From the IMG/VR virus record IMGVR_UViG_3300046355_000236: a stretch of DNA of 64,000 nucleotides; one strand, given 5' to 3'. This DNA comes from a virus (taxonomy: Duplodnaviria > Heunggongvirae > Uroviricota > Caudoviricetes). Below, piece by piece: positions 50,257 through 57,302 of this stretch (position 1 is its first letter; each line of letters starts with the position of its first letter). The translations under genes were made by a program, and so were the position numbers. A model generated the notes under the pieces. That model ran no database searches, was not told the DNA's origin, and saw nothing but the letters and a program-made list of their open reading frames with translations.

Positions 50257-50730
50257 TTATGCAGCTAATACTTCCTTCAAACGATCAGCAGCGTATGATG
50301 CAGCAAACGCTCTTGGTTTAACCATTGGGATAACGTTACACGTTCCCTTGATGTATCCAATTGCTTGCTGTACAACACAGCTTGAACCATACATTTCGTT
50401 TGGGTTAATATCTAGGTGAACTTCAACTTCCCGATCTTCCAATACATCTTTCAACTTTTGGAACAAATCAGAAACCTTATACACTTCGTTCATCAACCGC
50501 ATTGAAGGCTTGCTCTTCTTTTGATCGTAGTCAAGTTCGGTTTGCACTTCACCGAAAATCTTACAACCATGACATCCATCGATGTGTACAACAACGGCGA
50601 GAGTATAGTCAGCATACCATTGGCCATTCAGTTTAAAGCGTACTGAATCAGCGCCAATGTAAATCTTTGTAGATGGTCCTTGTGCCTCAATGAATTCTTT
50701 AACTTCATTGATATCTAACTTTTTCATCAT
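50257..50730 (-). CDS. hypothetical protein (possible RNase H-like/YkuK-like fold)
   Basis: ORF; the ATG at 50730 is preferred over the TTG at 50739. Confidence 0.35.
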   Translation of the reverse strand: MMKKLDINEVKEFIEAQGPSTKIYIGADSVRFKLNGQWYADYTLAVVVHIDGCHGCKIFGEVQTELDYDQKKSKPSMRLMNEVYKVSDLFQKLKDVLEDREVEVHLDINPNEMYGSSCVVQQAIGYIKGTCNVIPMVKPRAFAASYAADRLKEVLAA

Positions 50731-50745
50731 ACTCTCCAAAATATT

Positions 50746-50819
50746 TGGTGCGGGGTAAGGGAATCGAACCCTTAACTAAACGTTGGCAACGTCTGATTTT
50801 ACCGTTAAACTAACCACGC
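50746..50819 (-). tRNA. tRNA-Gly (anticodon GCC), CCA encoded
   Basis: Hand-folded: acceptor GCGTGGT/ACCCCGC (one mismatch), loop TTGCCAA, T-arm AAGGG-TTCGATT-CCCTT. Confidence 0.7.
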
Positions 50820-50822
50820 ATG

Positions 50823-50846
50823 ATGGCAGGGGATACGTCCCCTGCC
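50823..50846. terminator. hairpin (possible bidirectional terminator)
   Basis: ggcagggga-tacg-tcccctgcc, 9-bp stem. Confidence 0.4.
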
Positions 50847-50851
50847 TTTAC

Positions 50852-52270
50852 TTAGGTCAACGCATAGCGATCGACCATAACTGCCTTAAGCATGATGCCT
50901 TGTGGAGTGAATTGTTCCGTGTTGGAAGACAAGACAGCTTTCACAACTGCTGGGCTAAACCCAGACACAAGCGCCACACCGGACTCGTTTGCCTTTACAG
51001 GTACGTTGTCCTTAGCGTTCAGGTTCCAGAACACAATGGCAGGAACCTTGTAGCCAGCTTCTGCAAACTTACGCTTGATCATCTGCATTGCAGAGTCATC
51101 GTACGTTGCGCACTGGTTGAATTGCATGTCTGACAGGATCAGCAACATTTCTGGCATCTCTGCTTGAGGAACGTTTGCATCTACAGCAGTCTTCAAGATC
51201 TTTGCCATAGCCTTGTTCAGGTTAGTGGACATATTCCAAGAAGACTTAGACATTTGCTGGACCTTCTGAACAATGTTGCCCTTCAAGTGCAACAGCTCTG
51301 GATTGTCAGAGAAAGTCAGGAACGTGTCCTTGAACTTACCCTTGTTCTTATCTGCCAGGTACAAACCAAGCGAGATAGCAACATCCATACAGGTCACAGA
51401 ACCAGAACCACCAGCTGGGCAGCTCATAGAGCCGGAAACATCAACCAAAGGCAGAATGTTTGCATCCCCAACGTAGTTAGGCAGAGCTTCCCATTGCTTT
51501 GCAATGTGATCCAACTCGGTCTTACCGTAGTTGTTAGACATATATCCGTTGCACATGCCTTTCAGCACGTCGTATGGATACACAGCCCCTGCGTTAACCT
51601 TGACGCCTGCTTCGCCCTTAACGAGCTTAGCAACGTATTCAGCAAACTTCGTACCGTGACGAGTAAACGCCTTCTTGTAACGAGCAGATGCTACGGATGG
51701 CACATGGTTGTAGTTAATATCATCCCACTTACCAGCACACATTTGCTGTTCGACCACATTCGTCAGATTAACCAACGACTTACGGTAGAACTTTGGCGAC
51801 ATGCCGAAGAAGGTACGAATCTCTGCGGCCAGAGGGCCTTGACGAGGTGTCCACTTTGCAGCCAAGCCATTCTTCTCACGAAGAGCATCACCTAACATGG
51901 TGAAAGCCTTAGCCTTCAGATCCTTATCTTCAAAAACAAAGATGTCATCCCAGCGACCGATTTCTGGCGTCTTGGCCAGCAATGCTGCTGCAGCATCCTT
52001 ATCGTGCTTTTCCAGATACTTTAGAATCTGACGGTACAACGCACGTTCACCAGATCCACCACGTGCGTCACGTGCCCATTGAGCAATACGCAATGCAACG
52101 TCTTTGTCTTCGACGTATGCGGCTACAAAGTCCTTGGTAATATCCTTACCACGGCTTGCACCGATCTTGAAAAACAAGTCTACACATGCATCTGCAGTGG
52201 ACTTGCGAGCCTTCATACCGTTAGTGGTACGAGCTTCTTGGTTCTTAACAGCTTCTACGAATGTTGACAT
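50852..52270 (-). CDS. Ro60-like protein (TROVE-like N-terminal domain + C-terminal vWA domain with MIDAS)
   Basis: MIDAS VDVSGSMS..; N-terminus TTNGMKARKST..LFFKIGASRG resembles the Ro60 TROVE signature FLCFGSEGG. Confidence 0.5.
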   Translation of the reverse strand: MSTFVEAVKNQEARTTNGMKARKSTADACVDLFFKIGASRGKDITKDFVAAYVEDKDVALRIAQWARDARGGSGERALYRQILKYLEKHDKDAAAALLAKTPEIGRWDDIFVFEDKDLKAKAFTMLGDALREKNGLAAKWTPRQGPLAAEIRTFFGMSPKFYRKSLVNLTNVVEQQMCAGKWDDINYNHVPSVASARYKKAFTRHGTKFAEYVAKLVKGEAGVKVNAGAVYPYDVLKGMCNGYMSNNYGKTELDHIAKQWEALPNYVGDANILPLVDVSGSMSCPAGGSGSVTCMDVAISLGLYLADKNKGKFKDTFLTFSDNPELLHLKGNIVQKVQQMSKSSWNMSTNLNKAMAKILKTAVDANVPQAEMPEMLLILSDMQFNQCATYDDSAMQMIKRKFAEAGYKVPAIVFWNLNAKDNVPVKANESGVALVSGFSPAVVKAVLSSNTEQFTPQGIMLKAVMVDRYALT

Positions 52271-52280
52271 AATGAACTCC

Positions 52281-52400
52281 TTTTCAAATCAACAGGTTAA
52301 ACTTTTTGCTAAGCGGGTGTGCTACCATTACACTACTAGTCGGAATCGAACCGATCCACCTGCGTGGGTTTGCATTAAAGAGATTGCGGAACTTAACCTA
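52281..52400 (-). ncRNA. E1: tRNA-like module (T-arm, then D-arm) inside a 7-bp stem, directly upstream of the Ro60-like gene; Y-RNA (YrlA-like) candidate
   Basis: Minus-strand RNA GCAGGUG-GA-UCGG-UUCGAUU-CCGA-CUAGUA-GUGU-AAUGGUAGC-ACAC-CCGC, flanked by UUUAGGUUAAG ... GUUUAACCUGUU; tail runs into the Ro60-like start codon. Confidence 0.5.
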
Positions 52401-52675
52401 AATTCAGCAGATTGGTTATCATTGAGGCTATCACGGCACTCAGCCAGATTCGGGCTATCTTTATGGTGATTTTTGTACTTGCTGTACCCAATCTAAAATC
52501 AACAGAGTAGTTTCCTTCTTTTTGTTTTACATGAGAACACGAAACTCATGTCTACCATACGTGTTAACGTATACAACCTTCAAAGCCCATACAGGCTCCA
52601 GTTGCATACCACCTTGGTAAGCCGTTACTGGAATTGCTCCCAGTTAGTTTTGTTTGCTGAACCTACTCTAAAAAC
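52401..52675 (-). ncRNA. structured leader with nested complementary motifs
   Basis: UUUUUAGAGUAGGUUCAGCAA at 52654-52675 pairs with CUACUCUGUU about 190 nt downstream on the RNA; several hairpins between them. Confidence 0.3.
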
Positions 52676-52702
52676 TCTCGATGACTCAATTATCTGTGCT
52701 TT

Positions 52703-53227
52703 TCAGATTAGAGTCAACTGTTTAAAAATATCTTCAAGCAAAATAGGTCTAAAATCTGTTTGCTCTACGCAAGCACAGAAGTACCAAGGATCAGGGTTTA
52801 CACCCCACTTGTCTTTGACCACATTTGCGTGCAAGTGACCGTGCACGTTAGCCTTGAAGCGGCCTTTGCTTTCCGTGTGAATGGGAATGTGACTAAAGAT
52901 GACGTTGTTCATCACATGGTAAGCTCTAATGTCCCGAAAATGTTCTGTATATTCTTCGAGACGGAAAATATCGTGGTTACCTTTGATCAGGACCTTGTCG
53001 CCATTCAACCTGCTAAGCGTTTTAAGTGCCTTTCGGTTAATAACAACATCACCCAAGTGATAAACCTTGTCGCCAGGACGAACAGTTTCGTTCCAACGCT
53101 TAATCATTTCTTCATCCATTTCTTCTGGCGTATCCCAGGGACGAAGCTTTGTTCCATCATCACGAAGGAACTTACACACACCGGCGTGGCCAAAGTGTGT
53201 GTCGCTAACTACGAATGTCGCAGCCAT
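52703..53227 (-). CDS. calcineurin-like metallophosphoesterase
   Basis: VVSDTHFGH, GDxxxR and GNHD motifs. Confidence 0.65.
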   Translation of the reverse strand: MAATFVVSDTHFGHAGVCKFLRDDGTKLRPWDTPEEMDEEMIKRWNETVRPGDKVYHLGDVVINRKALKTLSRLNGDKVLIKGNHDIFRLEEYTEHFRDIRAYHVMNNVIFSHIPIHTESKGRFKANVHGHLHANVVKDKWGVNPDPWYFCACVEQTDFRPILLEDIFKQLTLI

Positions 53228-53234
53228 AATAATC

Positions 53235-53426
53235 TCACTTTTTAATTAGGGGATTTTCTGTATTGTCGTACAGACTGAGTTTTTCGTTTTCTCTTACCAT
53301 TGCAGTAAGAGCCTCTTCACGCTTTTTCTTTTCTAGTCGTGATTCGCCAAAGATGCGTGTGTGACCTTCATCATATGCTTTGATATTTGTTGGTCGTTGG
53401 CTATCACCTTTTCCACCATCACTCAT
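53235..53426 (-). CDS. hypothetical small protein
   Basis: ORF coupled to the phosphoesterase gene. Confidence 0.35.
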   Translation of the reverse strand: MSDGGKGDSQRPTNIKAYDEGHTRIFGESRLEKKKREEALTAMVRENEKLSLYDNTENPLIKK

Positions 53427-53516
53427 AATAATCTCCTGGTGGTACTAGAAGGTAACGATCCTTCCTGTCAGGCTTATGAGACCCGTGCATATCCATCTAT
53501 GCTATAGTACCGTTAT

Positions 53517-53590
53517 TGGATGCGGGTGACGGATTCGAACCGCCGATGCTGCGAGCTTATGAGACTGCAGTGGTGACCTCCCTACCCGCG
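53517..53590 (-). tRNA. tRNA, initiator-like (C1xA72 mismatch, CAU in loop region); fold non-canonical
   Basis: Acceptor CGCGGGT/ACCCGCA + U + CCA, T-arm GGCGG-TTCGAAT-CCGTC; anticodon stem not resolvable by hand. Confidence 0.45.
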
Positions 53591-53597
53591 TAAATTT

Positions 53598-53671
53598 TGG
53601 TGCCCCTTGACAGAATCGAACTGCCGTAACCTGATTACAAAACAGGTGTAATACCATTATACTAAAAGGGC
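53598..53671 (-). tRNA. tRNA (anticodon undetermined; 9-nt loop UUUUGUAAU)
   Basis: Acceptor GCCCTTT/AAGGGGC, stem ACCTG/CAGGT, T-arm CAGTTCGATTCTG. Confidence 0.55.
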
Positions 53672-53676
53672 AAAAT

Positions 53677-53752
53677 TGGCTGGCCAACCTGGGCTCGAAC
53701 CAGGGACATTTTGATTAACAGTCAAACGCTCTACCAACTGAGCTATAGGCCA
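53677..53752 (-). tRNA. tRNA-Asn (GUU)
   Basis: D-arm GCTC-AGTTGGTA-GAGC, anticodon arm TTTGA-CTGTTAA-TCAAA, T-arm CCTGG-TTCGAGC-CCAGG. Confidence 0.75.
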
Positions 53753-53790
53753 ATATCTTGTATTATATAGTCGACCCGTTAAAAGTCAAC

Positions 53791-53865
53791 TGGTGGATGG
53801 TACTGGGATCGAACCAGTGACCGCTTCCATGTCAAGGAAGTATTCTACCGCTGAAATAACCATCC
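53791..53865 (-). tRNA. tRNA-Val (GAC)
   Basis: Perfect acceptor GGATGGT/ACCATCC; anticodon arm CTTCC-TTGACAT-GGAAG. Confidence 0.75.
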
Positions 53866-53869
53866 ATTT

Positions 53870-53944
53870 TGGTGCCCACGAAAGGACTCGAACCTTCACT
53901 CCGTCGATTATGAGTCGACCGCTTCACCTTTAAGCTACCTGGGC
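53870..53944 (-). tRNA. tRNA-Met or Ile2 (CAU), elongator type
   Basis: D-arm GCTT-AAAGGTG-AAGC; anticodon arm GTCGA-CTCATAA-TCGAC. Confidence 0.75.
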
Positions 53945-53949
53945 ATCTC

Positions 53950-54027
53950 TGGTGCGGCCAATGGGATTCGAACCCATACTGTACAGATTTTAAGTCTGTT
54001 GCCTCCTACCTATTGCGCTATGGCCGC
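53950..54027 (-). tRNA. Leu-anticodon tRNA (UAA), atypical: short variable arm, enlarged D region, A73
   Basis: Perfect acceptor GCGGCCA/TGGCCGC; anticodon arm ACAGA-CTTAAAA-TCTGT; near-identical body to 54301..54377. Confidence 0.55.
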
Positions 54028-54028
54028 A

Positions 54029-54137
54029 AAACCATATTAAAACACACTGCTCACTATCTTTATGTACACTATTACATAGTGGGTTGCATATTGTTCGTGT
54101 GTGCCATGCAACTAGCGCCTCACAGTGTGTTTTAATA
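54029..54137 (-). ncRNA. spacer with perfect 19-bp terminal inverted repeat (long hairpin, RNase III-like substrate candidate)
   Basis: accatattaaaacacactg ... cagtgtgttttaatatgg, with inner palindromes cactat..atagtg and ttgcat..atgcaa; the stem includes the CCA end of the next tRNA. Confidence 0.5.
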
Positions 54138-54214
54138 TGGCGCGCCAAGAGGGATTCGAACCCCCGACATGCGGTGTAGAAGACCGCTGTTCTATCCAGC
54201 TGAACTATAGGCGC
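54138..54214 (-). tRNA. tRNA-Arg (UCU)
   Basis: D-arm GTTC-AGCTGGATA-GAAC; anticodon arm GCGGT-CTTCTAC-ACCGC. Confidence 0.7.
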
Positions 54215-54218
54215 AAAT

Positions 54219-54292
54219 TGGTGCTCTCGTCAAGAATCGAACTTGAGTTACATCCGTACCAAGGATGTGTAATGCCATTATACTACAAGAGC
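54219..54292 (-). tRNA. tRNA-Thr (GGU)
   Basis: Anticodon arm CATCC-TTGGTAC-GGATG. Confidence 0.7.
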
Positions 54293-54300
54293 ATTTATAT

Positions 54301-54377
54301 TGGTACCCACAGCGAGATTCGAACTCGCACTGTACAGATTTTGAATCTGTTGCCTCCTACCTATTGCGCTATGTGGG
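54301..54377 (-). tRNA. Leu-anticodon tRNA (CAA), atypical short variable arm, A73
   Basis: Perfect acceptor GCCCACA/TGTGGGT; anticodon arm ACAGA-TTCAAAA-TCTGT. Confidence 0.55.
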
Positions 54378-54594
54378 CATTATTAAACAGGATACGTTTT
54401 TTACTCTGCTCTACCAACTGAGCTACCCCTCCACTAAACTTATTCATCGAACTCCTCAGACGGTTACTCTAAGTCATAACGCTCTTCAAATCGTAGACCA
54501 ATACGACAGGAATAAGTTTAGTGGAGGGGGATGGAATTGAACCACCGACACGAGGCTTTCAATGCATTTTATGTTGCTGAATGTATCCTAAAAC
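54378..54594 (-). ncRNA. E3: permuted tRNA-like module with 20-bp acceptor-extension helix enclosing a ~65-nt loop
   Basis: RNA: T-arm GGTGG-TTCAATT-CCATC, CCCCTCC-A-CTAAACTTATTC [loop] GAATAAGTTTAG-T-GGAGGGG, TA, D-arm GCTC-AGTTGGTA-GAGC; flanked by GUUUUAGGAUAC.. and ..GUAUCCUGUU. Confidence 0.55.
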
Positions 54595-54596
54595 TT

Positions 54597-54686
54597 TGGC
54601 GGTGCGACTGAGACTCGAACTCAGAACCCAGCTTTCGCTAAGCGACAGATTAGCAATCTGCTCTAATACCATTATAGGACCGCACC
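54597..54686 (-). tRNA. tRNA-Ser (GCU), type II
   Basis: Anticodon arm CAGAT-TGCTAAT-ATCTG; long variable arm. Confidence 0.7.
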
Positions 54687-54693
54687 AATATTC

Positions 54694-54783
54694 TGGCGGT
54701 GTGTGGAGGAGTCGAACCCCGGCCAGCATTCGCCAACCGTCCGCTTTCCAGGCGGATGCTAGAACCATCTAGCTGCACACACC
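54694..54783 (-). tRNA. tRNA-Ser (GGA), type II
   Basis: Anticodon arm TCCGC-CTGGAAA-GCGGA; long variable arm. Confidence 0.65.
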
Positions 54784-54911
54784 AATAACAGGTTCAATTT
54801 TTTACGTGCTACCACTACACCAACGCGAAGACCAACTCGCGTCCGGGATTCGAACCCGGCCCCTCTTTTTTACAGAAAGATTATTTTTGATTGCTGAAAT
54901 GAACCTAATGG
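54784..54911 (-). ncRNA. E2: permuted tRNA-like module (T-arm, acceptor-like hairpin, D-arm; no anticodon arm)
   Basis: RNA: CCGGG-TTCGAAT-CCCGG, ACGCGAG-TTGGTC-TTCGCGT, TG, GTGT-AGTGGTA-GCAC, then GUAAAAAAUUGAACCUGUU; flank helix UAGGUUCA / UGAACCUG. Confidence 0.55.
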
Positions 54912-55035
54912 TCTAATTTAACAGGATGCTGTGTTATCGCCGGGAATCGAACCCCTATTACAAACACGGTCCCCAACTGGACGGCCTGGCAAAAGTGGCG
55001 CCATAAGTTGTTTGCTGTATTCATCCTAAAAATGG
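54912..55035 (-). ncRNA. E4: armless tRNA-like module (D-arm GTCC-AGTTGGG-GGAC then T-arm GGG-TTCGATT-CCC)
   Basis: No pairing acceptor stem; framed by AUUUUUAGGAUGA.. and ..GCAUCCUGUUAA. Confidence 0.4.
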
Positions 55036-55094
55036 CGGGACATTTAAAATTGCAGAATAAATTCTTTACAGAATTATATTTTTGTCCCATAACT
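55036..55094 (-). ncRNA. AT-rich hairpin spacer (GGGACA/TGTCCC stem, ~50-nt loop)
   Basis: Inverted repeat with inner palindromes agaat..attct. Confidence 0.3.
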
Positions 55095-55186
55095 TGGCGG
55101 AAAGCAGAGGAGTCGAACCCCATCCCCGTTAGGAGAACCTGGTTTTCAAGGCCAGTCGCAGGACCAACCCCGCTGCATTACTTTCC
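55095..55186 (-). tRNA. tRNA-Ser (UGA), type II
   Basis: Anticodon arm CTGGC-CTTGAAA-ACCAG (4 bp); long variable arm. Confidence 0.65.
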
Positions 55187-55194
55187 ATTATTCT

Positions 55195-55458
55195 TTAGAC
55201 ATCCTCATATGTTGCAAGGATGTGTTGCTCTTCAATGATGAAGAACGGAACTGCACCGAACTTTGAAGGTTGGGCTTTGCTCCAATCGATATACACATAG
55301 TCTCCGATCTTAACATCAGCTACATCTGGTCCTGTGGCAATCACTTTACCACGTGGGCTTTCTGATTCGTGCCCTTCAACAATAATACCAGATGCAGTAG
55401 CATTTGCTGGTTTAATCCGAGCAACTGCGACTTTATTTCCAATAGGAACTAGTGCCAT
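55195..55458 (-). CDS. GroES-like co-chaperonin (cpn10; T4 gp31 analog)
   Basis: 87 aa; KVAVARIKP...ASGIIV...GKVIATGPD...VKIGDYV matches the GroES mobile loop and roof hairpin. Confidence 0.65.
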   Translation of the reverse strand: MALVPIGNKVAVARIKPANATASGIIVEGHESESPRGKVIATGPDVADVKIGDYVYIDWSKAQPSKFGAVPFFIIEEQHILATYEDV

Positions 55459-55474
55459 AACAAACCTTTAAAAT

Positions 55475-55548
55475 TGGCATCCCGGGAGGGACTCGAACCC
55501 CCACAAACAGTTTTGGAGACTGCTGTGCTGCCATTACACTACCGAGAT
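55475..55548 (-). tRNA. tRNA-Trp (CCA)
   Basis: D-arm GTGT-AATGGCA-GCAC; anticodon arm GCAGT-CTCCAAA-ACTGT. Confidence 0.7.
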
Positions 55549-55555
55549 ATAAAAA

Positions 55556-55631
55556 TGGTGCCAAGGGACGGGATCGAACCGCCGACACACGGATTTTCAA
55601 TCCGCTGCTCTACCATCTGAGCTACCGAGGC
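55556..55631 (-). tRNA. tRNA-Phe (GAA); acceptor stem with two central mismatches
   Basis: D-arm GCTC-AGATGGTA-GAGC; anticodon arm GCGGA-TTGAAAA-TCCGT. Confidence 0.65.
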
Positions 55632-55634
55632 ATT

Positions 55635-55709
55635 TGGTACATCGTGACGGGATCGAACCGCCGACCTACTCCGTGTAAAGGAGGCACTCTACCGCTGAGT
55701 TAACGATGC
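55635..55709 (-). tRNA. tRNA-Val (UAC)
   Basis: D-arm ACTC-AGCGGTA-GAGT; loop TTTACAC; overlaps the stop of CDS 55700..56338 by a few nt. Confidence 0.65.
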
Positions 55710-56338
55710 ATATTCTGAAAATAATCTTTGTAATTATCCGGCATTTCGTAGTCGGATTTCAACATAAGATTAGTAACATTATCATACTGCAGATTACCGT
55801 TCCACGGTGCACCTGCAGCAATTGTTAGTTTGAAGTCATCTGTGGTATTATTCATACCGTGAAGCCAACTACCATCCATTATGAATGGTCCATCAACTTC
55901 TGGGACATTGACATCGCCCTTTGTTGTTTTAAAGTACAGCGTGCTTGTTTTACCATGCACAACTATACGGAATTTGTGTTGCATTGTCCCCATCTTATGA
56001 GGATCACAATCGATATGTTCTTCGTTTGCAAAGTTTGGTTTGGTTATCAAGGCCATTACACGTGTTTTCGTTCCCATCCAAGGAAACACAACACTATCAA
56101 ACCAGACTTTAATACATTCTGGAGTGTATGGCAACCATAAGAAATCACCAGATCTGCTATTCGATGATCCTGTGGCTCCAGGTTTTGCTTCTTTTGTCAT
56201 CAACGGTAGCATAGATGTAGCTCTGTATGTATCCCACCACCAATATGATTCATCAACACAAAGAAGCTGTTCAGTAGCCAGTTCTTTATTGAGTGCTGGT
56301 AAATTAACACTAGCAAACAACATATCATCTATTGTCAT
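55700..56338 (-). CDS. hypothetical protein (possible 2OG-Fe(II) oxygenase-like)
   Basis: Start moved to Met19 because the upstream part overlaps a tRNA; EHIDCD...VHGK. Confidence 0.35.
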   Translation of the reverse strand: MTIDDMLFASVNLPALNKELATEQLLCVDESYWWWDTYRATSMLPLMTKEAKPGATGSSNSRSGDFLWLPYTPECIKVWFDSVVFPWMGTKTRVMALITKPNFANEEHIDCDPHKMGTMQHKFRIVVHGKTSTLYFKTTKGDVNVPEVDGPFIMDGSWLHGMNNTTDDFKLTIAAGAPWNGNLQYDNVTNLMLKSDYEMPDNYKDYFQNMHR

Positions 56339-56351
56339 AATAACTCCGTTA

Positions 56352-56425
56352 TGGGGTGAAAGGGGGAATCGAACCCTCGTCAACTGTTTCACAGACAGCT
56401 ATGTTACCACTACACTACTAACACC
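56352..56425 (-). tRNA. tRNA-His (GUG) candidate; acceptor with U.U mismatches
   Basis: Anticodon arm GCTGT-CTGTGAA-ACAGT; T-arm GAGGG-TTCGATT-CCCCC. Confidence 0.5.
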
Positions 56426-56550
56426 ATATAGAAACACTCTGCCAGTGCTTGAACCTGAGGTAGCCCTACTCTTCCTGGCAACGTTCACAGCGTAGTCGAC
56501 TTTGCTGTTACTTGATGAACTCCAGTGTAGCTACTCAAAGTGTTTTTATA

Positions 56551-56625
56551 TGGTAGGGGCACAGAGAATCGAACTCTGATTACATGGTTAAAAGCCACGT
56601 ACTTTAGCCGTTAAGTTATACCCCC
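56551..56625 (-). tRNA. tRNA-Lys (UUU)
   Basis: D-arm ACTT-AACGGCTA-AAGT; anticodon arm CGTGG-CTTTTAA-CCATG. Confidence 0.7.
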
Positions 56626-56900
56626 TCAAGTGCATACCCAGAACCTTCGCGGTTCAGGCTGCGGCGCATTTGTTTATTAGTCTTGCGGTGACTACCAGCT
56701 TTTCTGAATAATGCCAAAGCAACGAACTGGTTACGTTCCTTGGCGATCTGTTTTCGCTTCATCTCGTATTTCCTTATCTGCTTCTTTTAAGCGTTGTTCC
56801 CACTTGCAGTTGATCATCATACAACAATAGCATGACAACAACTTCGTTTTTTTGCCGTTACATTTGACGTTACCGGCTCTTGCTCCATATACAGGTGACC

Positions 56901-57128
56901 TCATACACGAACCCTTTTTGGTGCGCCAATGCGGCTTGCTTTATTCCAATCGTAGGCAACTCCGTCTGGACACTTGCCATCTTTAACACTATCGACACCA
57001 AACTTACCTACTACTTCAAAGTCTGGGCCTTGAATGGTGACAAATACATCTAGTTCTTTAGCATATGACATTGCTGTGTCCAAGCTAGGAAACTCAATCT
57101 TTGTTTCATGCAATATCACATTGTACAT
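56901..57128 (-). CDS. hypothetical small protein
   Basis: Start moved to Met54 because the upstream part overlaps tRNAs. Confidence 0.3.
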   Translation of the reverse strand: MYNVILHETKIEFPSLDTAMSYAKELDVFVTIQGPDFEVVGKFGVDSVKDGKCPDGVAYDWNKASRIGAPKRVRV

Positions 57129-57145
57129 ATTATATCTTTTATTTT

Positions 57146-57219
57146 TGGCAGAGGGAATGGGGATCGAACCCATCTTCCTGCAGTCAAAGTGCAGTGTCAT
57201 CACCAGATGACAATCCCCC
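57146..57219 (-). tRNA. tRNA with UUG anticodon (loop CTTTGAC), imperfect acceptor
   Basis: D-arm GTCAT-CTGGTG-ATGAC; anticodon arm CTGCA-CTTTGAC-TGCAG; T-arm ATGGG-TTCGATC-CCCAT. Confidence 0.5.
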
Positions 57220-57226
57220 AACAATT

Positions 57227-57302
57227 TGGCACCCCGTAATGGACTCGAACCACTGAATGTCGGAATCAAAATCCGATGCCTTACCAACTTGGCGAACGAG
57301 GT
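57227..57302 (-). tRNA. tRNA-Gln (UUG), E. coli-like
   Basis: D-arm GCCAAGTTGGTAAGGC; anticodon loop TTTTGAT, as in E. coli tRNA-Gln. Confidence 0.7.

Noticed and set aside
52548-52838. + strand 96-aa ORF upstream of the Ro60-like gene.
   Set aside because: It overlaps the structured - strand leader and the 3' end of the phosphoesterase gene. No SD.
54378-54594. E3 considered as a tRNA gene interrupted by a group I intron or homing-endonuclease insertion.
   Set aside because: No ORF in the 65-nt loop and no intron core motifs. The halves are in the wrong order for a simple insertion.
55016-55095. Possible tRNA beginning tggcgggacat...
   Set aside because: No T-arm. It is an AT-rich hairpin (GGGACA/TGTCCC) instead.
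56040-56495. + strand ORFs (56040..56495, 55859..56140, 57276..57587, 58908..59093, 54125..54540 and others) inside the tRNA island.
   Set aside because: They lie antisense to or across tRNA genes with no SD sequences. They are treated as spurious.
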